From positions 1-59,464 of the forward strand of contig DATJEN010000073.1 in the NCBI GenBank assembly GCA_035496575.1: a DNA stretch of 59,464 nucleotides, in the 5' to 3' direction. The notes under the pieces are model-generated. The model saw nothing but the letters and a program-made list of their open reading frames with translations, made no database searches and was not told the DNA's origin. The stretch comes from Pirellulales bacterium (GTDB lineage: Bacteria; Planctomycetota; Planctomycetia; Pirellulales; PALSA-1355). Positions 27,808-34,367 of this stretch are shown piece after piece; position 1 is the first letter of the stretch; every line of letters starts with the position of its first letter. The translations under genes and the position numbers were made by a program.

Positions 27808-28607
27808 CTCTCGAGCGCGGCCACCAGGCTGGCCACATAGTCGCCGATGTCCTTGATGACTTCGGCGCGAGGCTTTTCGGCCGTTGCCGCCACCCGCCGC
27901 ACGATCGCCGAGCCCACGATCAAGCCGTCGGCCACGGGCGCGAGTTTTTTGACGTGCTCCGGCATGCTGATGCCGAATCCGATGCAGATGGGCAGCGGCG
28001 TCTGTTCGCGCAGCCAGCCGACGTTTTCAATGAGCTGCTGGGGGATTTCGTTGCGCTCGCCCGTGATTCCAGTGACCGAAACGTAGTACAGGAACCCGCT
28101 CGAGCGTTCCGCGATTCGCAGCGCACGGTCACGCGGAGTGGTGGGGGTGACCAACTGGATCAAGCTGAACTCCGCCGCCCGGCAAACTTCAGCCAGCTCG
28201 GCGGATTCCTCCACCAGCAGGTCGGGCACAATCGCGCCGGCCGCCCCGGCACGCTGGGCGTCGGCCACGTATTGCTTCAGGCCATGCCGATGCACGATGG
28301 CATAGCTGACCATGGTGACCACCGGCGCGGTTAGTCGCGGTGTCACTTCGCCGAGCATCCCAAAAATCTCGCCCAGCTTGATATGCTTCGCGAGTGCCCT
28401 CGTGTACGAAGCCTGGATCACGGGGCCGTCGGCAATCGGATCGCTGTAGGGAATGCCCAGCTCGCACAGGCTCCCGCCGCGCGCCACCAGCTCCGCCAGC
28501 AGCGCCGCCGTAAATTCGAGATCGGGATCACCGGCGGTGAGAAACGGCATGAGCGCTTTGCGCTTCTTTTGCCGTAAAGCTGCAAACAAATCGTCGATGC
28601 GGGACAT
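27804..28607 (-). CDS. trpA: tryptophan synthase alpha chain
   Basis: LMPFLTAGDPDL, ELGIPYSDPIADGPVIQ and YYVSVTGITGE are present. Its stop overlaps the DUF1501 stop (CTAA at 27804-27807). Confidence 0.93.
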   Translation of the reverse strand: MSRIDDLFAALRQKKRKALMPFLTAGDPDLEFTAALLAELVARGGSLCELGIPYSDPIADGPVIQASYTRALAKHIKLGEIFGMLGEVTPRLTAPVVTMVSYAIVHRHGLKQYVADAQRAGAAGAIVPDLLVEESAELAEVCRAAEFSLIQLVTPTTPRDRALRIAERSSGFLYYVSVTGITGERNEIPQQLIENVGWLREQTPLPICIGFGISMPEHVKKLAPVADGLIVGSAIVRRVAATAEKPRAEVIKDIGDYVASLVAALES

Positions 28608-28638
28608 GTAACTCTTGCTCGAACGAAATCAAAACCCG

Positions 28639-29853
28639 TTACTTGCCCGCGGCTTGTGCCTGCATGAGGCGAGCAATCTCGGCGGCGTCCTTGTCTCCGC
28701 GGCCTGACAGGCAGACCACGATGGTCTGATCGGTGCCGCGCTTCCTGGCCAGCTCCATGGCTTGCGCCACGGCGTGCGAACTTTCCAAAGCCGCCAGGAT
28801 ACCCTCGCTGCGCGCGAGCGCGTGGAACGCGGCAAGCGCGTCCTGATCGCGGCAATAGGTATAGCGGACACGGCCCGTGTCTTTCCAGAAGCTGTGTTCC
28901 GGGCCAACGCCGGGATAATCCAGCCCAGCCGAGATCGAGTGCACGTCGCAGGTTTGGCCATCCTCGTCCTGCATCACATAGCTGTAACTGCCGTGCAGCA
29001 CGCCGGGGGCGCCGTAGGAAAGCGGCGAAGCGTGGTCGCCTGGCTTTTCAGACCTGCCGCCGGCCTCGACGCCCACCAGTTCGACGCCCGCGTGTTCGAT
29101 GAACGGATAGAACATGCCGGCCGCGTTGCTGCCGCCACCGACGCAGGCAACGACCGCATCGGGCAGCCGCCCCAACTGCGCGCGCGATTGTTCGAGGGTC
29201 TCGCGGCCAATCACGGCTTGAAAATCTCTCACGATCAGGGGGAAGGGATGCGGCCCCACGACCGAGCCCAGAATATAGTGTGTCGATTCGACGGAGCTCA
29301 TCCAATCGCGCATGGCTTCGTTGATGGCATCGCGCAGCGTGCGCGAGCCGCTCGTCACCGGCCGCACTTCGGCGCCCAGCAAGCGCATGCTGAACACGTT
29401 GGGCTGCTGCCGGCGGATGTCCTCTTCACCCATGTAGACAACGCATTCGAGGCCAAACCGCGCGCAGGCAGTTGCGGTGGCGACGCCGTGCTGCCCTGCC
29501 CCGGTTTCGGCGATGACCCGCTTCTTGCCCATCCGCAAGGTGAGCAGCGCCTGCCCGAGCGTGTTGTTGATTTTGTGCGCGCCGGTGTGATTGAGGTCTT
29601 CGCGCTTCAAATAGATCTGGGCCCCGCCGCACGCCTGACTCAACCGCGCGGCGTGATAGAGCGGGGATGGCCGCCCGACGTAATGCCGCAGCAGATTGGC
29701 CAGCTCCTTTTGAAACGCCGCATCCAAACGGGCCTTGTTGTATTCGACCGCCAGCTCGTCGAGCGCGCGCGTCAGTGTCTCGGGCACGTAGCGGCCGCCA
29801 AATGGGCCGAATCGCCCGGCCTGATCGGGAACCTGCCTGGTCGCGGTGTTCAC
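28639..29853 (-). CDS. trpB: tryptophan synthase beta chain
   Basis: [15 protein letters not shown], the PLP lysine block [14 protein letters not shown] and GVEAGG are present. GTG start at 29853. Confidence 0.95.
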   Translation of the reverse strand: MNTATRQVPDQAGRFGPFGGRYVPETLTRALDELAVEYNKARLDAAFQKELANLLRHYVGRPSPLYHAARLSQACGGAQIYLKREDLNHTGAHKINNTLGQALLTLRMGKKRVIAETGAGQHGVATATACARFGLECVVYMGEEDIRRQQPNVFSMRLLGAEVRPVTSGSRTLRDAINEAMRDWMSSVESTHYILGSVVGPHPFPLIVRDFQAVIGRETLEQSRAQLGRLPDAVVACVGGGSNAAGMFYPFIEHAGVELVGVEAGGRSEKPGDHASPLSYGAPGVLHGSYSYVMQDEDGQTCDVHSISAGLDYPGVGPEHSFWKDTGRVRYTYCRDQDALAAFHALARSEGILAALESSHAVAQAMELARKRGTDQTIVVCLSGRGDKDAAEIARLMQAQAAGK

Positions 29854-29927
29854 AGATTAACTCGTGCGAAAAAGATTCGAGCCTGGCCGCTGCGCGGGTT
29901 CGAGCGGATGGGAACAACCCATTGTCC

Positions 29928-29941
29928 TTGTGGGCCCACAA
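29928..29941. promoter_or_regulatory. perfect 14-bp palindrome TTGTGGGCCCACAA in the trpB / small-ORF divergent region
   Basis: Read directly. A further GGTTGTGG half-site copy lies at 29965-29972. Candidate operator, or a pair of alternative hairpins. Confidence 0.3.
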
Positions 29942-30041
29942 ACCGGCAAGGGGCGGCACGCGGGCGGTTGTGGTTGCGGACTTTGGTCCAAACCCATGTG
30001 GGATTGGACAACTCAAGCCGGCATCGGTTCTGGGGTGGCTG

Positions 30042-30047
30042 TAGAAT
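30042..30047 (+). promoter_or_regulatory. -10-like TAGAAT 6 nt upstream of the ATG at 30054 (leaderless-type arrangement)
   Basis: ggctgTAGAATgcgagcATG. There is no SD and no convincing -35. Confidence 0.3.
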
Positions 30048-30053
30048 GCGAGC

Positions 30054-30233
30054 ATGAGCGACGATGATCTTGCCGAGCTGAAACAGAAAAGCGCGGAGCT
30101 GGAACAACGGCTCAAAAAACTCCGCGGCCAGACCGAAGTGTCTCCAACGCATCGACCAGAGCCGCGCAAACGGACGGTCGCTGATAAATTTCGCGATCTG
30201 CTAGAACTGCTTGGATACTGGGTTGGCTTCTGA
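30054..30233 (+). CDS. small protein (59 aa), N-terminal coiled-coil-like, hydrophobic C-terminus; below the ORF-track length cut-off
   Basis: Hand translation gives MSDDDLAELKQKSAELEQRLKKLRGQTEVSPTHRPEPRKRTVADKFRDLLELLGYWVGF. Its TGA (30231-30233) overlaps the next ATG (30233) as TGATG. Confidence 0.45.
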   Translation: MSDDDLAELKQKSAELEQRLKKLRGQTEVSPTHRPEPRKRTVADKFRDLLELLGYWVGF

Positions 30234-30739
30234 TGATCGCCCCTAAGCGCCGTTGGCTCACCCCAGCTCGCCTGAGTTGGTGTATTGCATATTGGCTGGC
30301 AGGGTTCGCCTTTTGGCTTCCCAGTATGGCTGTTCATGCCGTACGCGGCGAAAGTTTTGGCTCAAACCCGTTGGACATACCGGCTGTCACGGTGTTTCCG
30401 GTGGCCGGATCGTGGCTGGCGCTGGAGTTGCTTGAGCTGCTGACACTCCAACGAGAGGTCGCCTCTCGTCGTGGCGCAATCGCAATCCTGATGCTGCTTG
30501 GAATCTGGATGCTCGGCCCGGCCTACATGATCGTTTCCAATGGCTTTGCCGGGCCTTTTATGTGGATGTTTCTTTTTGCTGGGTTGCCATTCACGTTTGT
30601 AATTAGCACCTATGACGGAACACTCGGAGCACTCGCTATCGTGACGGTTTGGTTCATCCTCATCGCCGCGCTCGAACTGACCCGCACCTTAGAGCAGCGA
30701 CCTGCACATCACGACCCTGAGCGCCGCTGGTACTGGTGA
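30233..30739 (+). CDS. polytopic membrane protein (168 aa), unknown family
   Basis: Four to five hydrophobic helices (WCIAYWLAGFAFWL, VTVFPVAGSWLALELLELL, AIAILMLLGIWMLGPAYMIV, FMWMFLFAGLPFTFVI, LGALAIVTVWFILIAAL). Confidence 0.6.
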   Translation: MIAPKRRWLTPARLSWCIAYWLAGFAFWLPSMAVHAVRGESFGSNPLDIPAVTVFPVAGSWLALELLELLTLQREVASRRGAIAILMLLGIWMLGPAYMIVSNGFAGPFMWMFLFAGLPFTFVISTYDGTLGALAIVTVWFILIAALELTRTLEQRPAHHDPERRWYW

Positions 30740-30776
30740 ATGCGTGGGACACTTCCAATTCCCATCCCTGCCGCAG

Positions 30777-30923
30777 ATGGCCATTGCGGGGCTGGTCGCA
30801 TTATTGTTCGCCATCGCGGCCGGAACGGTATGCGTCCTACTTATCGCGGGCATATCGAGCGCACAGAACGCCCTCGTCCGTTTCTTTGCTTGGTTGTTCG
30901 GACGCGATGGAACCGACCACTAA
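30777..30923 (+). CDS. small single-TM protein (48 aa), below the ORF-track cut-off
   Basis: Hand translation gives MAIAGLVALLFAIAAGTVCVLLIAGISSAQNALVRFFAWLFGRDGTDH, with TAA at 30921-30923. An alternative in-frame GTG at 30744 would give 59 aa. No SD. Confidence 0.35.
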   Translation: MAIAGLVALLFAIAAGTVCVLLIAGISSAQNALVRFFAWLFGRDGTDH

Positions 30924-30968
30924 GCCGGTCAACACACTAAGGGACACCCACTATCCCGGCACGCCACT

Positions 30969-31253
30969 TCACACCAGCTCCGACGGATGGCCGTCCCGTG
31001 TCGCCAACGGCAGCACCTTGGGCTGATAGATTTGGGTATAGGCAAATCCCTTGCGATGGGCGTCGACCGCCTCCTGCGATTCCCAATGCTCGTTGAGCAG
31101 GAACTTTGTGCGGTCGGCTGTCGAATGATAAACCTCGAACCGCCGGCAGCCCGGCTCCTGCCGCGAGCTTTTGGCCGCCTCGAGTAGCAGGCCGCGCACG
31201 GTTTCAACCTGGCTGGGGTCGTTGACCGTCAGCCACACGTTCAGATACAGCAT
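30969..31253 (-). CDS. antibiotic-biosynthesis-monooxygenase (ABM) domain protein
   Basis: Trimmed to ATG 31253. MLYLNVWLTVND...GCRRFEVYHS...FLLNEHWESQEAVDAHRK is the classic ABM ferredoxin-like pattern. 94 aa. Confidence 0.8.
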   Translation of the reverse strand: MLYLNVWLTVNDPSQVETVRGLLLEAAKSSRQEPGCRRFEVYHSTADRTKFLLNEHWESQEAVDAHRKGFAYTQIYQPKVLPLATRDGHPSELV

Positions 31254-31391
31254 GATCGCTCTCCGCTGGAGTGAGGTTCGCGCCAGTACGCAACTCGTGC
31301 AAAGGTGCTGCCAGATTATCGAACCGCTCGCTTGGGCTCCAGTCGTCCGCTGCCGTGCGGCTGTTCGATGGCTGGAATTGCCAGGCACTCG

Positions 31392-31397
31392 TAGAAT
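31392..31397 (+). promoter_or_regulatory. -10-like TAGAAT upstream of mutM
   Basis: actcgTAGAATtgg lies 37 nt before the GTG start at 31435. Confidence 0.25.
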
Positions 31398-31434
31398 TGG
31401 AATCCGTGTGTGAGTTCAAGCGGAGCGCCATGAC

Positions 31435-32262
31435 GTGCCGGAGCTGCCTGAAGTCGAAACGATGCGTCGCGGGATCCTGTCGGTGGTCGGCAGGCGGATT
31501 GCCGAGGTCCGCTTGCCGCGCTGCCGGAAGCGGCCGATTTTGATTGCCCCCTCGCCCGCCACGCTGCGGCGGCGTGCGGTGGGCCAGAAGATCGTGGCCG
31601 TCGATCGTGCCGGCAAGCGGGTCGTCTTGCGGCTTGCATCGGGGGACGCGATCGTGTTTGAGCCCCGCATGGCTGGGCTGGTCCTGCTGGGCACTCCGCC
31701 GACCCGGGAGCATCTGCGGCTGCGCATTGTACTGGACGACGGCCGAGAAGTCTTGTTTTGGGACCGCCGCGGATTAGGGCTCGTGCGGCTGGTGCGGCAG
31801 GACGAGTTTGAAAAGCACTATGGCGCCGCAAAGCTCGGGCCCGACGCGCTTGCGCTATCGTGGCAGGAGCTCGCGGCGCGTTTGGCAAAGAGCCGCCGCC
31901 CGATCAAGGTGGCGCTGTTGGATCAGGCGGCGCTAGCCGGTGTCGGCAATCTGTACGCCAGCGAGCTCTTACATCTTGCGCGGATCGACCCCCGGCGGCC
32001 TTGCAATGAATTATCCAAGGCCGAGTGGCGACGCGTGCACGCCGCCATGCTCGAGGTGCTGCATGCGGCGATTCGGCACGAGGGCTCCACGCTGGGCGAC
32101 GGAACTTATCGCAATGCGCTCAACGAGGAGGGGAGCTATCAGAACCACCACCGGGTGTACGATCGCGCGGGCCAGCGCTGCGAGCGCTGTCGCCGCGGCG
32201 AGATCGAGCGCATCGTGCAAGCGCAACGCTCGACGTACTTCTGTGCCAGATGCCAGAAATAG
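31435..32262 (+). CDS. mutM: formamidopyrimidine-DNA glycosylase
   Basis: N-terminus (M)PELPEVETMRRG. C-terminal zinc finger CERCRRGEIERIVQAQRSTYFCARCQ. GTG start. Confidence 0.92.
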   Translation: MPELPEVETMRRGILSVVGRRIAEVRLPRCRKRPILIAPSPATLRRRAVGQKIVAVDRAGKRVVLRLASGDAIVFEPRMAGLVLLGTPPTREHLRLRIVLDDGREVLFWDRRGLGLVRLVRQDEFEKHYGAAKLGPDALALSWQELAARLAKSRRPIKVALLDQAALAGVGNLYASELLHLARIDPRRPCNELSKAEWRRVHAAMLEVLHAAIRHEGSTLGDGTYRNALNEEGSYQNHHRVYDRAGQRCERCRRGEIERIVQAQRSTYFCARCQK

Positions 32263-32302
32263 CGTGTTCGTAGCTTCCGTGCGCCCTCGCCGCACCTTCT
32301 GC

Positions 32303-32308
32303 TACAAT
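32303..32308 (+). promoter_or_regulatory. -10-like TACAAT 8 nt upstream of the ATG at 32317 (leaderless-type arrangement)
   Basis: ctgcTACAATcgagggccATG. Confidence 0.3.
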
Positions 32309-32316
32309 CGAGGGCC

Positions 32317-32571
32317 ATGAACGCGCCAATCATTTTTGCATCAGACTATGGCCCAGTGGTGAGAGATGCATTGCGGGCCTTTGTTATCCTTGCGGCCGTC
32401 GCGAGCTTGCTGGGGGCAGGAACCGCAGCCGCGGCAGTCCGTCTTTCGCATCGCAAGCGGGTGTGGTGGCTTACGCTGATCTTTGCCGTCCTATGGCTAT
32501 CGGCAATTTGTTGGTTTTACGGCGGAGTTCCGACCACTTGGCGACAAGTAATCGGGCAAGAGCTCCGCTGA
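32317..32571 (+). CDS. small membrane protein (84 aa, two TM helices)
   Basis: MNAPIIFASDYGPVVRDALRAFVILAAVASLLGAGTAAAAV...VWWLTLIFAVLWLSAICWFYGG. Confidence 0.5.
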   Translation: MNAPIIFASDYGPVVRDALRAFVILAAVASLLGAGTAAAAVRLSHRKRVWWLTLIFAVLWLSAICWFYGGVPTTWRQVIGQELR

Positions 32572-32577
32572 AGATTT

Positions 32578-32649
32578 TTCTCAAGGCTGGCACCTCCAGA
32601 GCGGCAACACCTGCCTGACGCGCCTGTCAACGCAGCTTCTCAAGGGTGG
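32578..32649 (+). repeat. two direct copies of TTCTCAAGGnTGG (32578-32590 and 32637-32649)
   Basis: Read directly. The first copy starts 7 nt after the 84-aa ORF stop. The second overlaps the GGTGGAG SD of the 47-aa ORF. Confidence 0.7.
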
Positions 32650-32657
32650 AGATCGAT

Positions 32658-32801
32658 ATGGACTCATTCGCCATGTTTGGTTTCATTTTCGGATTGATGG
32701 GGTTCGTACTTGGCACGAATGCAACGGCCAAATTCTCCCAGCTCAAGAAGGAAGTCGAGGAGCTTCGCAATCGACTTCCTGAACATCCTCCCGCCTTATA
32801 G
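32658..32801 (+). CDS. small single-TM protein (47 aa) with a C-terminal charged helix; below the ORF-track cut-off
   Basis: Hand translation gives MDSFAMFGFIFGLMGFVLGTNATAKFSQLKKEVEELRNRLPEHPPAL. SD GGTGGAG lies 6 nt upstream. TAG at 32799-32801. Confidence 0.4.
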   Translation: MDSFAMFGFIFGLMGFVLGTNATAKFSQLKKEVEELRNRLPEHPPAL

Positions 32802-32808
32802 TGGCCCC

Positions 32809-33114
32809 ATGAGCGAAGGCCCTGAACAAGTCGAAACAGCTCCCGAGATGACGCATAGCCGCGCCATCAACCTGGCATTTCGCTGGTCTGTGGGACTCAT
32901 ACTCGTGCCTTACTTCTTGCCGCTTGGGAGGCTCGGAGGTGGAGGCGCCATCCAGTTGGTCATCCCTGTCATCGCGACGCTTCTGGCAGCGTCATGGGTC
33001 CATCATTCATGGAAGGTTGCTCTCTGGATGATTCCCATTACGTGCGCTCTGCTGGCCCTCGTGTGGTTTCTCCTGCTGATCTTGTTCATTATCAGCGCAA
33101 AACATCCCGGCTAA
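32809..33114 (+). CDS. small membrane protein (101 aa, about three TM helices)
   Basis: Trimmed from track ORF 32710..33114 to ATG 32809, 7 nt after the 47-aa ORF stop. MSEGPEQVETAPEM...WSVGLILVPYFLPL...IQLVIPVIATLLAASWV...LLALVWFLLLILFIIS. Confidence 0.5.
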   Translation: MSEGPEQVETAPEMTHSRAINLAFRWSVGLILVPYFLPLGRLGGGGAIQLVIPVIATLLAASWVHHSWKVALWMIPITCALLALVWFLLLILFIISAKHPG

Positions 33115-33235
33115 TTTCAGAGTGACCCACTACCCGGGTCGCTCAAAATTTGCATTCCCTGCGGCGTTTGTGTTTAATGCCAGCGCCCTCACCACCAACC
33201 TGAAATTCGAACCAATGCGTTCCAGGAGGCCCAGC

Positions 33236-34258
33236 ATGTCCGTACACCGCATTTGCCCCGATTGTGATTCGTCGGATGTCTCGCGTCGCACATTTTTGAA
33301 AACCGCCGGCGCGACGGCGCTGGTCGTGGGCGCGGCCGGCGCGGCCAAGTTGCCCGACTTCGGTTCCTCGCCGCCAGAGACGGTCACGAAGCTGCTCTAC
33401 GAATCCTTGAACGATGAGCAGCGGAAGGAGATCTGCTTCGCTTGGGATTATGTCGACGATAAGCGCGGACTTTTGCGAACCCGCATTTCGAACAATTGGA
33501 ATATCACCAAGCCAAACATCAGCAGCGACTTCTACAACTCCGACCAGCAGGCGATGATCAAGCACATCTTCGAGAAGATCGTGCAGCCGGACTGGCACAA
33601 GCGCATCTACAAGCAGCTCGAAGACGATGCCGGGGGATATGGCGAGCAACAGAGCATCGCGCTGTTTGGCAAGCCGGGCGAGAAATTCGAATTCGTGATG
33701 ACGGGCCGGCACATGACGCTGCGCTGCGACGGAAACAGCGCCGATCACGTGGCCTTCGGCGGGCCAATCTTCTACGGTCATGCCGCCAGCGGCTTCAACG
33801 AGAAGCCCAATCATCCTGGCAACGTGTTCTGGCACCAGGCGTTGGCCGCGAACAAGGTCTATGAGATGCTCGACGACAAACAGCGCAAACAGGCGCTGGT
33901 CGACAAGCTGCCCAAGGAAGAAGCCGTGGCGTTCCAGGGCCCCAGCGGTCAGTTCCCCGGCATCAAGGTGGCCGAGCTCTCCAGCGATCAGCAGGCGTTG
34001 GTGAAGGATGTGCTGAACAAGCTGGTCGAGCCCTATCGCGACAGCGATCGCGAGGAGACGCTGGCTTGTCTCAAGGCGCAAGGCGGGCTCGAAAAGTGCT
34101 CGCTGGCGTTCTATAGCGAAGGCGATGTTGGCAATGACAAAGTGTGGGATTGCTGGCGAATTGAAGGCCCTTCGTTCGTCTGGTATTACCGCGGGGCTCC
34201 GCACGTTCACGTGTGGGTGAATGTGGCTGACGCGCCTGACGTGAAGCTCAACGCGTAG
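33236..34258 (+). CDS. DUF3500 domain protein with TAT signal
   Basis: AGGAGG lies 6 nt before ATG 33236. TAT motif SRRTFLKTAGATALVVGAAGA. The C-terminal WRIEGPSFVWYYRGAPHVHVWVNV is DUF3500-like. Confidence 0.8.
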   Translation: MSVHRICPDCDSSDVSRRTFLKTAGATALVVGAAGAAKLPDFGSSPPETVTKLLYESLNDEQRKEICFAWDYVDDKRGLLRTRISNNWNITKPNISSDFYNSDQQAMIKHIFEKIVQPDWHKRIYKQLEDDAGGYGEQQSIALFGKPGEKFEFVMTGRHMTLRCDGNSADHVAFGGPIFYGHAASGFNEKPNHPGNVFWHQALAANKVYEMLDDKQRKQALVDKLPKEEAVAFQGPSGQFPGIKVAELSSDQQALVKDVLNKLVEPYRDSDREETLACLKAQGGLEKCSLAFYSEGDVGNDKVWDCWRIEGPSFVWYYRGAPHVHVWVNVADAPDVKLNA

Positions 34259-34264
34259 AATGAA

Positions 34265-34327
34265 GGGTCAGGGGTTTGGGATTGGGGTTCCGGGTTGGGA
34301 TCGTCCCAATCCCTTATCCCTGGCCCC
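34265..34327 (+). other. G-tract block (six G3-4 runs, 34265-34299) directly followed by a C-tract block (four C3-4 runs, 34305-34327); imperfect long hairpin / G-quadruplex-capable element
   Basis: Sequence is GGGtcaGGGGtttGGGattGGGGttccGGGttGGGAtcgTCCCaatCCCttatCCCtggCCCC. The inner 9-bp stem is 34292-34300 with 34304-34312, loop tcg. Confidence 0.5.
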
Positions 34328-34331
34328 AGTG

Positions 34332-34363
34332 TCTAGATTCGCATCTAGATTGCCGTCTAGATT
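34332..34363 (+). repeat. three tandem copies of TCTAGATT with 12-nt period, ending 4 nt before the ATG at 34368
   Basis: gTCTAGATTcgcaTCTAGATTgccgTCTAGATTccccATG. Copies are at 34332-34339, 34344-34351 and 34356-34363. Confidence 0.85.
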
Positions 34364-34367
34364 CCCC

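Noticed and set aside
29975-29992. RNase P RNA-like AAAGTCCG core on the minus strand (ggaccAAAGTCCGcaacc)
   Set aside because: It is an isolated 8-nt match in a 200-nt intergenic region, too short for RNase P RNA. The other conserved P4/CR regions are not visible.
29854-30053. Classical trp attenuator (leader peptide with tandem Trp codons plus terminator/antiterminator) upstream of trpB
   Set aside because: I could find no short minus-strand ORF with Trp codons, and no hairpin followed by a proper U-run next to the GTG start. Only the palindrome and its alternative pairing are reported.
30736-31026. Track ORFs 30736..31026 (96 aa) and 30740..30940 (66 aa) downstream of the 168-aa membrane gene
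   Set aside because: Their translations are Arg/Ser/Pro/His-rich with no hydrophobic core. The third frame gives a clean 48-aa TM peptide, and the 3' part overlaps the ABM gene on the other strand.
32588-32602. Sigma-54-like -24 element TGGCAC-N5-GAGC between the small ORFs
   Set aside because: The -12 element should read TTGC(A/T). Only the GC is present, and no enhancer-binding-protein gene is nearby.
32710-32808. N-terminal extension of track ORF 32710..33114 (MARMQRPNSPSSRRKSRSFAIDFLNILPPYSGP)
   Set aside because: The extension is basic and low-complexity, and it overlaps a better 47-aa TM ORF with an SD in another frame. ATG 32809 sits 7 nt after that ORF's stop.
34332-34363. Triple TCTAGATT repeat as a mini-CRISPR array
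   Set aside because: The repeats are only 8 nt long with 4-nt spacers, three copies in all, and there are no cas genes. It is not a CRISPR architecture.
34260-34367. Upstream ATG 34260 as the start of the DUF1570 gene (would add MKGQGFGIGVPGWDRPNPLSLAPVSRFASRLPSRFP)
   Set aside because: The signal peptide begins at the Met encoded at 34368. The extension is encoded by the G-tract/C-tract hairpin and the TCTAGATT repeats, so it looks non-coding. This stays formally possible (see the finding).
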